Below, one piece after another: positions 7,564 through 16,960 of a stretch of DNA of 64,000 bases. The stretch comes from a virus. Taxonomy: Duplodnaviria > Caudoviricetes. The number at the start of each line of letters is the position of its first letter. The stretch's first letter is position 1. A program made the position numbers and the translations under genes. The notes under the pieces were generated by a model. That model was not told the DNA's origin. It ran no database searches and worked only from the letters and a program-made list of their open reading frames with translations. The stretch spans positions 96,001 through 160,000 of IMG/VR virus record IMGVR_UViG_3300042892_002922. The stretch is one strand, 5' to 3'.

Positions 7564-9666
7564 ATGGCAGTAGGAGCAAGAATAACAAGTACACACCTGA
7601 GTGGTAAAACGGCAACAGTGACGTTTGTACCATATACAGGGGCAACATCGGGTACAACTCAAAACCTTGGAACTAAGGTAATCCCTTTCAATAACATCAC
7701 CACACACCCGTATGGTGTTTATAATTTATACTTTGCTGAATATGATTACACATACACGTTAACCATACCACAACCAGATGCAAGTGTTCAATCGTTTGTT
7801 TATCAAAATAGAATGGTTGGTTCTGACAACTACGGTGCTGCGTTTTTAAATTTTGATGTTTTAACCGCAGAAATTATTGACTTAGGTGTTGATACTAATG
7901 TATGGAATAATCAGAATATATATGTGTTAGATAATTCAGGTTATATGCACTATTTCACAGGTGTTGACGATGGTGATGATAGATTAGTGATATTCACAAA
8001 TGCCATTCACGAAGAAATTGGAAGATATAGTGGTACAACTAATGGTTATAGTGGTGACGATTTAGATGGTAAGTGGGTTACATTTGAAGATGTGGATAAT
8101 GGTGTGTTTACTTACTCAGATGGTGTGTCAGTATACACATACACTTGGAATCCAGATATATATAGTATCGATATTGAGTGGAATTATGATGCAACCACGT
8201 CCGATGGTACAATGATTATCGAAAAATGGGAAGTTGAACCTTTAAGTGGGTGGACATACAATGGACCGGGTACATCACACATAGTTAATCCAACTGACGG
8301 TACAACAACTTTATTTAAAACTTGGACAGATGGAACATACATTAGACATAAAATGACAAATTCATCTGATTTTATTGCTGTTTTAACTGAAACTCAAGGT
8401 TCCTCAAACGTGTACACTAATTTTGAAATATATAACACAAGTGGAACCATTTTAGAGACGGTTTCATTAACTGGTGCCACATATAGCAATTATAATGACC
8501 AATTTCACGGAACAAACAAATATACCATAATACTCTATGATAATGATAATGTAGACACACCATATAAAATAATAAGTTATAATGGTAACACATCAAACTT
8601 AATTGAAACATCACACGCTAGAGGTACAGGATATACAGAAAACAATATAGATGGAGATTCTGGTTTATATCCAGATAGTGATGGAAATGATGGTGGTGTT
8701 GTAATAACTTTTTATGACACTGATAATTGGAATAATTTTGGTTCAGATGTTACATACTGTGACATTATGTATATGTTCAATAATCAAACATCATTTAGTA
8801 CATATACATTCGCAAACAACGAACCAAAAACAATTAATACTTGGGGTCAATTAAGTGACATTTATAGAGTTCCGTGTGTAAATGGTGATGGTATTGCATC
8901 TATGTTAACCATTATGTCGGGTAGTACTCGTATAGAAAGTATGAATATTAGTGTATCTGGTGTTACTAATTTGAACTGGAATTCATTGGGTAATAGAACG
9001 GCTGTACAAATTATGACAAACAGTAATAATAACGTAACTTACAAATTAATTAACGAATTAGGTGTTGTAATTGATGAAATAAACGATTACGGTTTAATAT
9101 CAGCTTATGCATCAAGTATGTATTCTTTTGGTGAAACCGCCTATCTTACAATCAGAACGGATGGTGACCTTGGATTTTATGTATATAGTGGTAGTACTGG
9201 ATTTACCTCAACAGATTATTATAATGATTTAAGTTCAACAAATCAATATTCTTCAGGTACAGATAAGTACAATGGTGCAATGGTTTTATATAACACCGAC
9301 CAATTAGATTTTAGAGTGTTAACATCAACTGGAATAACTAATGAGTTTAGTTTCCCTGAGTATAATGATTTTGATATTTCAGTTGGTGAGAGCAAGTTTA
9401 TGTTTGTTTATAATGAAACTAACGGTGGTGTAACTAAAATAAGATTGTATAATTTTTCTGGAACACTATTAAACAGTGAAACAACAACTTGGACTAATGG
9501 TTGGGATGATACATATGGTGTTAAAGATAGATTTGTTGTTATGAACTATAATGGGGATGACACGGTTGAAGTTTATTTAGTTAGTGAAAATACTATTACA
9601 TCAGTAACAACTCAAGATTATAGTAGTGAACAATCTACGAATGATTGGGTTTATCAAAATGACTAA
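7564..9666 (+). CDS. Putative virion protein: shared N-module plus probable beta-propeller
   Basis: 700 aa and beta-rich, with blade-like repeats (FEIYNTSGTILETV, YKLINELGVVIDEI, IRLYNFSGTLLNSE). TATTTAT upstream at 7536-7542. Confidence 0.7.
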   Translation: MAVGARITSTHLSGKTATVTFVPYTGATSGTTQNLGTKVIPFNNITTHPYGVYNLYFAEYDYTYTLTIPQPDASVQSFVYQNRMVGSDNYGAAFLNFDVLTAEIIDLGVDTNVWNNQNIYVLDNSGYMHYFTGVDDGDDRLVIFTNAIHEEIGRYSGTTNGYSGDDLDGKWVTFEDVDNGVFTYSDGVSVYTYTWNPDIYSIDIEWNYDATTSDGTMIIEKWEVEPLSGWTYNGPGTSHIVNPTDGTTTLFKTWTDGTYIRHKMTNSSDFIAVLTETQGSSNVYTNFEIYNTSGTILETVSLTGATYSNYNDQFHGTNKYTIILYDNDNVDTPYKIISYNGNTSNLIETSHARGTGYTENNIDGDSGLYPDSDGNDGGVVITFYDTDNWNNFGSDVTYCDIMYMFNNQTSFSTYTFANNEPKTINTWGQLSDIYRVPCVNGDGIASMLTIMSGSTRIESMNISVSGVTNLNWNSLGNRTAVQIMTNSNNNVTYKLINELGVVIDEINDYGLISAYASSMYSFGETAYLTIRTDGDLGFYVYSGSTGFTSTDYYNDLSSTNQYSSGTDKYNGAMVLYNTDQLDFRVLTSTGITNEFSFPEYNDFDISVGESKFMFVYNETNGGVTKIRLYNFSGTLLNSETTTWTNGWDDTYGVKDRFVVMNYNGDDTVEVYLVSENTITSVTTQDYSSEQSTNDWVYQND

Positions 9667-9685
9667 AAATTAAAAAAAATAGATT

Positions 9686-9928
9686 ATGAAAATATTAGAT
9701 ATTGATGTTAAAGTCATCAAAGACAAACAAAAAATTAAAAGTTTTCAAAAAACTTTTAACACTAATGAACCATTAACGGTTGAACACATTAAAGGTGTTA
9801 TTAAAAATGAAATGGGATTTCCATTTGAAATAGTAAAAGAAGAATTTTACTGTAAGTCAAATGAATTAAAAAATGAAGATAACGCACCATTTAAATCAGG
9901 TAACGAATTTATTTTAACAATTAAGTAA
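9686..9928 (+). CDS. Small protein with ubiquitin-like (beta-grasp) sequence pattern and no C-terminal GG
   Basis: TVEHIKGVIKNEMGFP aligns by eye to ubiquitin TIENVKAKIQDKEGIP. The 80-aa size and strand pattern also fit. Confidence 0.5.
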   Translation: MKILDIDVKVIKDKQKIKSFQKTFNTNEPLTVEHIKGVIKNEMGFPFEIVKEEFYCKSNELKNEDNAPFKSGNEFILTIK

Positions 9929-10296
9929 TGGAATTTTTTATCAGACAAGGGGCAACAGACCCAATCCTTAAAATGAGATTGATTGATGACGGTAAAAACG
10001 ACAAGTCGTCCTTTAATGATCTATTGGAGAATTCTGACATAACATTTGAAATGTATGATGTTAAAACCGGTAATCCAGTTATTTTAAACGCAAATTGTTA
10101 TTTAACAACTAGAGACAAAAAATATAACCAAACAACCGATGAGTACTATATAACATATAGATTTACAACTCAACAAACAGATATTATTGGTAAGTATGAA
10201 GCTATTATATCAGTTCAATTTTTAGATACAAACTCAAGCCCGACAAACAAATTAATTTTACCAATTAGAGAAAAACTATACATTAACATTATTTAA
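9928..10296 (+). CDS. BppU N-terminal-like (baseplate upper / fibre attachment) domain protein
   Basis: 'FFIRQGATDPILKMRL...ITYRFT...TDIIGKYEAIISVQF' follows the BppU_N pattern (I.QGD...L...L; Y.F...DT...G.Y.AE). Confidence 0.55.
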   Translation: MEFFIRQGATDPILKMRLIDDGKNDKSSFNDLLENSDITFEMYDVKTGNPVILNANCYLTTRDKKYNQTTDEYYITYRFTTQQTDIIGKYEAIISVQFLDTNSSPTNKLILPIREKLYINII

Positions 10297-13196
10297 ATGT
10301 TTGTGGTGTGATAAGCATAATCATGCCCATTTGTTTCAATTATCTCCTCATCATCATTATTCTTAACACTTTCTGCTTGAAATGATACAACTTTTCTATT
10401 GTGTTCAACCCAGTTTTGGTCCACTAGTTGTAAGCTGTCCTCAACATACATAAAGAAAGGGTCTCTATTTATTTTATTCCAAAATAAAACTTCGCTATCT
10501 GATAGTGTCATTACTTCATCGTAACTATCTTGTCCGCCAGTTTTTAATGGAAATCCAGATGTTAATTCACATTGTAGTTTTGTAAAATATTGGCGATCCT
10601 TAGGGTCTTCAATTAAAATCGAGTCACGAATCTCAGGTTTAAACACCACTAACAATGGTTCAATCCTTTTGTTAAAGTTATTAATGTATCTAGCAACATT
10701 ATAATCACCAGTCATATTAGGATTATCCATTAAATCTTTTTCACTAATTCTATAGCAATTAATTTGAATGTAATCAGTTGGCATCGGTTTACCAAAAGCA
10801 AATTCATAATCCTCTTGTTGTTTTTTTGTTGCTTTTGTTATTTTTTGAACATCACCATCTGATTTTTTTACACCATTGTTTATGTAAAATATTGTTTCAC
10901 CCAAACCAGCAGGATAATTTTCTTTTAAAATTAATTCCATATGCGCTTGTCTAGCCATGGAACCACCAGATTTTGTTATCTTTTTAATATGTTTTCTATA
11001 ATCCTCAACACTTTGTTTTACACGAGATTTATTTGCAATCTTAGCTAAAGGTATTTTATTGTCAAACAACAATTCAAGTGTTTCATAATAATATTCTAAA
11101 AAACTATGCCCATCACCATTTAATAAGTAAACCAAACCAGTATCTAAAAATTCAACAACATATGTTTGTAATTTTTTTGATTTAATTGTATTCCCAGTAA
11201 GTTTTATTTTTTCTTTACCTTTCTTGATAAGTTTAATGATATAATTCTTTCTAGAAATATTAATACATGCAGGTGCGATATAATCAATATCTAAACTCAT
11301 TTCACCTCTCATAAAAATATCATTGAACTCAGCAGTATCCGCTTCAATTCCTTTGTATTCATTATCTAAATCAACCATCTCATTTAGACCGCGTCCAATA
11401 TATGTATGTTCATCAATATCTACAGGTGTCTCAAAGTTAACACCATCGGTATCCATTACTAGTGGTTTGTATCCTTTCTTTTCAAAAAACATAATCATCA
11501 TACGAAGGCATTGACGCCCAGTACAAGTAATTGTTTCACCCATATTCATATCACCCCAGGGGAAAACTTGGGGCGCAGATAATGAACCAAAATATGCATT
11601 AATAAAAATTTTAATCGGCAATTGTTTACGATCATACATTTCCGATTCGATTGGATTTGTATTTTTTAATTCGCCTGCTAATCTTTTATATTTTATACGA
11701 ATATTTCTAAAATATTTTAACATTGATTTTTGTACCCCCATAACATCACATTCGGGGAATACATCATAAACCAATTGAATTGATGGATATAGGGATGCGT
11801 AGTCAAATTTAACAATATTCTTAGAGTAACCAACGTTTAACAATCGAGACAATCCACCAGTAATAGCTCTTTTACTATCGCGCGCGGGGATTGATAAATT
11901 GTTTTCATATGACCAAGCCAACATTATAATTTTCCATAATGTTGCAGTACCCATTGTAGATATTCTTTCATATGTTGTAGGAACAACCTTGGAAAGTAAA
12001 AAAGATGCTTGGCTAAATGAGTCATCAACAACCATAGTTTCATACAAGTCATCGTCAAGATATTGTTCAACCACTCTTCGACCAGTCCATATTTCAAATT
12101 TACCTGGATATTTTTCTAAAAGACCATCCGTACCTTTGTCACCAATTTTTTTAAATCCGCCGGTTTTTGGGTTAACATAATACGATTCGTTTTCTAAATA
12201 AATTTTAGAAATAAATGCACCGTCAACATAAACACGATTTTCTTTTTCTTTCTCCAAATACGTGGTGATATATTTCAAACTCCAAGATTTGATTTCCGAA
12301 TTTATAGCTTGTGCCCTTCTGACTCCGTGAGCGATATCAATAACACTAAAACCCCATAACATAAATTGGTTATAAGGTTCAATCTCATTAGCCAACTTCA
12401 ACATCCCCTCTTTGATTTTTATTCCTTGCTTTTTATTGAAAATTTTTGTGTGCTCTTCAATATTAATTCCTAATATTTCCGCACGTTTTAATATAAATGG
12501 AAAGTCAAAAGATGCTGAGTTATAACCTCCAATAATTGTCGGTTTAATTTCGCCAATTATTCTGAAAAAATCCTCAATAGATTTCTTTTCACCGTCATCA
12601 CCAAACGCATCTAATGTTTTAGTGTATCCTCGATTATCTTTAATTCCAATAAGAATTATTTTACATTTTTCAGGTTCTAAACCTGTTGTCTCAATGTCAA
12701 ATACAAGTCGATGAACATCATTATAATCTTCAATACCCTTGAACAATCTTTTCTTTTTTTGAATTAAGAATTGTTCAACTGGTGTTAATATTGTAAAAGA
12801 TGATTTGTATTGTTCATCCCAAGGATTAATTCCACCTTCACGAAAAAACGCCATTAAGTTGGTATACGTTTTTAAACTTTTAACCAAATAGTTCAAACCA
12901 TCTTCTAACCTTTCGTTACCATGTGAATCTAATTTTTCAATTATAATCCCATGCTGACGCATTTTTGCTTTTTGTAATGATTTATTACCTTGATAAAAGT
13001 TGAAACCACTTAAATCACCCACCCAAAGAAATGGTGTGAGTGTGTCTGAAAGAATCATTTTACCCTTTTCAGGGTGCTGAATGATTTTAAAAATTGTGTT
13101 TGTTTTGTAATCGTATTCTAACCCAACAATATATTCTTCTGGGTCCGAACCGTTTAAGAAACTTTCGATTACTTCTTGTGATATTACCTCTGGCAT
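10293..13196 (-). CDS. Family B DNA polymerase with 3'-5' exonuclease
   Basis: ExoI FDIETTG, ExoII YNSASFDFPFI, ExoIII YLDDDL; polymerase motifs DYASLYPS, KIFINAYFG and MDTDG. Confidence 0.95.
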   Translation of the reverse strand: MPEVISQEVIESFLNGSDPEEYIVGLEYDYKTNTIFKIIQHPEKGKMILSDTLTPFLWVGDLSGFNFYQGNKSLQKAKMRQHGIIIEKLDSHGNERLEDGLNYLVKSLKTYTNLMAFFREGGINPWDEQYKSSFTILTPVEQFLIQKKKRLFKGIEDYNDVHRLVFDIETTGLEPEKCKIILIGIKDNRGYTKTLDAFGDDGEKKSIEDFFRIIGEIKPTIIGGYNSASFDFPFILKRAEILGINIEEHTKIFNKKQGIKIKEGMLKLANEIEPYNQFMLWGFSVIDIAHGVRRAQAINSEIKSWSLKYITTYLEKEKENRVYVDGAFISKIYLENESYYVNPKTGGFKKIGDKGTDGLLEKYPGKFEIWTGRRVVEQYLDDDLYETMVVDDSFSQASFLLSKVVPTTYERISTMGTATLWKIIMLAWSYENNLSIPARDSKRAITGGLSRLLNVGYSKNIVKFDYASLYPSIQLVYDVFPECDVMGVQKSMLKYFRNIRIKYKRLAGELKNTNPIESEMYDRKQLPIKIFINAYFGSLSAPQVFPWGDMNMGETITCTGRQCLRMMIMFFEKKGYKPLVMDTDGVNFETPVDIDEHTYIGRGLNEMVDLDNEYKGIEADTAEFNDIFMRGEMSLDIDYIAPACINISRKNYIIKLIKKGKEKIKLTGNTIKSKKLQTYVVEFLDTGLVYLLNGDGHSFLEYYYETLELLFDNKIPLAKIANKSRVKQSVEDYRKHIKKITKSGGSMARQAHMELILKENYPAGLGETIFYINNGVKKSDGDVQKITKATKKQQEDYEFAFGKPMPTDYIQINCYRISEKDLMDNPNMTGDYNVARYINNFNKRIEPLLVVFKPEIRDSILIEDPKDRQYFTKLQCELTSGFPLKTGGQDSYDEVMTLSDSEVLFWNKINRDPFFMYVEDSLQLVDQNWVEHNRKVVSFQAESVKNNDDEEIIETNGHDYAYHTTNI

Positions 13197-13257
13197 TTTT
13201 ATATATTAAAAGTGACACATTATACTCATATCGAATGATATGATTTGTCTTGAACTT

Positions 13258-13265
13258 CAAATATA
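13258..13265 (-). promoter_or_regulatory. Bacteroidota-type sigma70 -7 element (TATATTTG) upstream of the DNA polymerase
   Basis: Exact match to TAnnTTTG, about 60 nt upstream of the start codon, with a T-rich stretch further upstream. Confidence 0.55.
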
Positions 13266-13289
13266 CATAATTGTTCCTTAAATAAAAAA

Positions 13290-14405
13290 TTAGATTACGT
13301 TAATAGGTGCCGGCATTGCCCTATATTTTAATGCTTTGTTAAGATTTTCTGCCTCGTTACCCTTTCTTTCCATCATTTTGTCTGGGCGCAATCTTTCCAA
13401 TCTTTGCATTAATTCCTCGTTTAATTTTAATTTTTCGTCCTTTCCTTCTGTTAAAAGTGATTGATAATCAAGTGTTACTTCGCTATCTGGCACCTTTAAT
13501 GCACCAGAAAATTTACCATAAATTCTACCCAACGCTTCTTTAGAATAAGCGGTCGTATACTTTCTAACCCAGTTTTGTGCGGGTTTATTTAGTTCATCCC
13601 AAGCTAATTGTTCAACCATAACATCTGAAGGTAATTTTACAATACTTTTGTTGTCATCTATACAAGTATCTGGGTCGTTAAGATCATAGTACCAATACCA
13701 AACCTTATAATTCGTGGATGCTAATTTATTGAAATCGAATCTACCGCCTGGAACATTGTAAAGGTGAATGAATTTTTTACCTTCAGGACCTGCTGTAATT
13801 CTATATGTTAAATCACCGCCAATTAAACGGTTTTTAATATTTCTGTCTTGCATTCTAAGTAACAAGTCATATGCTGGTAGCATAAAATAAGAGCCCTGAG
13901 CACCTACCTGAGCAAATCCACCAATACCACCAAAACCAACGCCACCTAGTCCACCAAAACCACCTAAAAACGGATCAACAATTGAATCACTCAATTCTGG
14001 TCTGGTAAACCATAATAACTCATTTATTTCTCTACCAGCGGGGATTTCGTAAACCTGAACGTTTTCTTGAATATCAAAATAGTCCTTTTTAAGTATGTCT
14101 TTACCACCGGCCTGTAAACCAACGATTTTAGAATAAGCATGAGAATATTGTGTTTCAAAATTCATATCCCTAGTAGTAAACGCCCTTGTAAGTGACTGTG
14201 TATCAACGTCTAAACCAACCAATGATGACCATTGAGATTCAATTAACCAGTCGTGGACTAGTTGCTCATAGTCGTTAATTGATAATTCTAGGAACGTATC
14301 CATTTGTTCTTCCGTTAACTCAATACCTCTAACAGGCATACCTAAAAGGTGCAAAATCTGAGTATAAAGTTTTTCTTTTTCGGGGGCGCTAATAACTGTG
14401 CTCAT
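13290..14405 (-). CDS. Neck / head-tail adaptor protein (T4 gp13-like)
   Basis: N-terminal 'ILHLLGMPVRGIELTEEQMDTFLELSI' and C-terminal 'WVRKYTTAYSKEALG..GKF...V.L..L..EG..EK..L.EEL' are typical of gp13-like neck proteins. Confidence 0.75.
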   Translation of the reverse strand: MSTVISAPEKEKLYTQILHLLGMPVRGIELTEEQMDTFLELSINDYEQLVHDWLIESQWSSLVGLDVDTQSLTRAFTTRDMNFETQYSHAYSKIVGLQAGGKDILKKDYFDIQENVQVYEIPAGREINELLWFTRPELSDSIVDPFLGGFGGLGGVGFGGIGGFAQVGAQGSYFMLPAYDLLLRMQDRNIKNRLIGGDLTYRITAGPEGKKFIHLYNVPGGRFDFNKLASTNYKVWYWYYDLNDPDTCIDDNKSIVKLPSDVMVEQLAWDELNKPAQNWVRKYTTAYSKEALGRIYGKFSGALKVPDSEVTLDYQSLLTEGKDEKLKLNEELMQRLERLRPDKMMERKGNEAENLNKALKYRAMPAPINVI

Positions 14406-14455
14406 ACTTGTTTTATTTCTATAAATACCTTATTATTGGATAAATAAGTAAAAAT

Positions 14456-14668
14456 ATGAGCATATCAGAATATCTTTTTAACGCATTTAGTTATTGTGGG
14501 CAGAAAAACATCGATTTCCGATTAATCAATTCGGATTTAAAAGAAAACAAATACCATTTCGATGCTGAAAATAATTTAGTGACCGTAACCATAGGGGATT
14601 ACGATGATAAAGAATTTGTTAAAGTTTTAGAAGAAAACATGGAACAATTAAAACAGTCCTTTAAGTAG
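14456..14668 (+). CDS. Hypothetical protein
   Basis: 70-aa ORF in the gap between the neck and helicase genes; overlaps the helicase 3' end by 21 nt. Confidence 0.55.
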   Translation: MSISEYLFNAFSYCGQKNIDFRLINSDLKENKYHFDAENNLVTVTIGDYDDKEFVKVLEENMEQLKQSFK

Positions 14669-16390
14669 TTCAGAAGCGAAGGTATCACTGTATTCACCAT
14701 CACCCATAACCTGATCAATAACATTTTTCTTTTTTTGTAAGATGTTATAGATGTTCATTTCAATTGTATTCTCAAAAACTGGGTAATAAACCAACACCGA
14801 GTTTTTTTGACCATAACGGTATGCTCTATCCTCGGCTTGTGAATGGTGAGCTGGCACAAATGATAAGTCATTCATAATAACCCCTTCTGCGGCAGTAAGA
14901 GTAATACCAACACCACCAGCAATAATGTTAGAAATAAATATTTTTACCTTATCTTCATTTTGAAATCTATCAACACTATCCTGTCTTTTTTCTTTTGACA
15001 TTCTACCATCCAATATCACAGCATTTTTGCGGTATTTTTCATATAAAGTATCTAGTGTTGCGGTAAAATTTGTAAAAACAATAACTTTTTTACCTTGTTC
15101 AATAAATTTATCAATTAACTCACAAGTATACGGAATCTTCTCGATTGAAATCAATTGTCTAATTTTCATTAAACGATTAATAGTTACAGAAACACTTTCA
15201 TTCTTTTTACTTTCTTTTGAAATTCTCATAAACTCCTCAAGTTCGTCATCATAAAATGTGTTTTTTAGTTCGACAAAAATTGGTGTAATTATTTTTTCTG
15301 GTAAATCTAATATATCGGTTTTCATTCTACGCAGTATTAGATTTTTAGTTCTATCGCGCAATTCGTCCAAGTTACTAGCACCACTAGTGTTCCATATTTT
15401 TTTCATTCCAACATTAAATTGAAATCCTTTACAATAACGTCTAACATAACTTTGCCAGTTTAATGTTAAAGGTGAATTTGCGATTTTCAATAAGTTGAAA
15501 TAGTTAATAGGTCTAGAAGTCATTGGTGTTCCAGTCAATAACCAAACCTTAGGTATCTTATCTAGAATATCATTAAGTAATTTAGTTCTTTGCGCCGTTG
15601 AGTTTGAAATGTAATGCGCCTCATCAACAATTGCCAACTCAAACTTCTCATTCATTATTAATTTATACGCCTCACTATCTTCTGTGTTATCCGTCGTGTG
15701 GAAATTTTTAAGAATATCATAGTTGATTATATAGTAATCAAATGTGGACCCCCATTTCTTTCCTTCAATCAATAAAATTCTACGGTCGGTATAATTTTTA
15801 ATTTCTCTTTCCCAGTTAATTTTAAGAGATGCTGGACAAACAATTAATATTTTTTTAACCCCGCTTTCAATTGATGCAATTACGGCAGATGTTGTTTTAC
15901 CTAGACCCATATCATCAGCCAAGATAAAGCGGTCGTTAACTAATAGTTTTTCAATCGCTTCTTTTTGATGATTCATCGGAGGTCTAACAGAATATTTTTC
16001 ATAATCAATTACTCTGTTTAACTTTTTTTCTTCAGCCATTATTACCACCTTAGGTACCCATAACGCTTGTAGTTTCTCGGCGTCTAAAACTTTACCCCAT
16101 ATGTGGTACGCCTTATCTGATTCACACAATAACTTTTCAATCCAAATTTTTTCTGGGGGCTTAACCAATAGTTTATCTTCCATTAGTTTCTCACCAAAAG
16201 TTTGAACAATATTCACATATTTTCTAGCCACTTTAGGAACCACATTTTGATATTTTATAATATAATCAGCTTGTGTTCTTGTTAATTTATAGTTCTTGGT
16301 GTCAAGTAACTTTTTCTTCCAATCAAGGATTTGGTTATTTGACCCTTCATATATTGCTAGTATTTCTCGAGCTTCAATTTCTGGTAACAT
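14648..16390 (-). CDS. SNF2-family (SMARCAL1/HARP-like) DNA helicase/translocase
   Basis: LADDMGLGKT (Walker A), IVDEAH, LTGTP, GGVGITLT and QAEDRAYRYGQ. Confidence 0.92.
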   Translation of the reverse strand: MLPEIEAREILAIYEGSNNQILDWKKKLLDTKNYKLTRTQADYIIKYQNVVPKVARKYVNIVQTFGEKLMEDKLLVKPPEKIWIEKLLCESDKAYHIWGKVLDAEKLQALWVPKVVIMAEEKKLNRVIDYEKYSVRPPMNHQKEAIEKLLVNDRFILADDMGLGKTTSAVIASIESGVKKILIVCPASLKINWEREIKNYTDRRILLIEGKKWGSTFDYYIINYDILKNFHTTDNTEDSEAYKLIMNEKFELAIVDEAHYISNSTAQRTKLLNDILDKIPKVWLLTGTPMTSRPINYFNLLKIANSPLTLNWQSYVRRYCKGFQFNVGMKKIWNTSGASNLDELRDRTKNLILRRMKTDILDLPEKIITPIFVELKNTFYDDELEEFMRISKESKKNESVSVTINRLMKIRQLISIEKIPYTCELIDKFIEQGKKVIVFTNFTATLDTLYEKYRKNAVILDGRMSKEKRQDSVDRFQNEDKVKIFISNIIAGGVGITLTAAEGVIMNDLSFVPAHHSQAEDRAYRYGQKNSVLVYYPVFENTIEMNIYNILQKKKNVIDQVMGDGEYSDTFASELLKGLF

Positions 16391-16402
16391 AATCTTTATA
16401 TA

Positions 16403-16433
16403 GAAATATACGGAAAAACAAATACATTATAAA
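16403..16433 (-). promoter_or_regulatory. Possible Bacteroidota-type sigma70 promoter of the helicase (TTTA-N19-TATATTTC)
   Basis: Minus strand reads tttataatgtatttgtttttccgtatatttc: one mismatch to TAnnTTTG, with canonical spacing. Confidence 0.4.
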
Positions 16434-16446
16434 CTATTTATATTGT

Positions 16447-16959
16447 ATGGATAATAAACTACCAATAACTAGATTAAGTAAATTTTTCTCAAACGAGGAT
16501 TTTGATTTACAGATACAAATAGGTCAAGAATATTTGCACGGTGATCTTAACATGAAATTGGTCCTTTTTAGAGTTGATAGACAAAAAACAGATACCGATG
16601 GGGTTTATGGTGAGGTAGGTCTTGATGAAATCAAATATTTCCCACCAATCGAAGTTAACGCCTTGGTTCAAGTAGAAGCGTCTAAAAATAATTCATACAA
16701 AGCTGGTATGATGCGATATAATGAACCGGGTAATTTAACATTCTCAGTTTATATTAAGCATCTAAGTGAATTAGGGGTTGAAATTAAGTACGGTGATTAT
16801 ATTGGTTATCCAGAAACCGAAAATAAAATGCGTTACTATACTGTGACAAACGATGGTAAGGTAACATCTGATAACAAACATAACTTGTTTGGTTATAAGC
16901 CGTATTATCGCACAATAACTTGCGCGCCAGCACAGGAACAAGAATTTAGAGGAGTATAA
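16447..16959 (+). CDS. Head closure / neck protein (gp14-like)
   Basis: 170 aa, directly upstream of the terminator and sheath genes. 'D.VYGE....I.Y...V....L....I..GD.I' pattern of head-closure proteins. Confidence 0.6.
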   Translation: MDNKLPITRLSKFFSNEDFDLQIQIGQEYLHGDLNMKLVLFRVDRQKTDTDGVYGEVGLDEIKYFPPIEVNALVQVEASKNNSYKAGMMRYNEPGNLTFSVYIKHLSELGVEIKYGDYIGYPETENKMRYYTVTNDGKVTSDNKHNLFGYKPYYRTITCAPAQEQEFRGV

Positions 16960-16960
16960 A

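Noticed and set aside
3991-9666. Diversity-generating retroelement acting on the LamG or fibre C-termini
   Set aside because: No reverse transcriptase is in the window, and I found no template/variable repeat pair differing only at adenines.
10293-13196. Inteins or introns in the polymerase, DnaB or NrdA/NrdB
   Set aside because: Lengths are ordinary, catalytic motifs are contiguous, and no intein terminal or LAGLIDADG motifs were seen. MDTDG and KIFINAYFG are treated as family variants, not inactivation.
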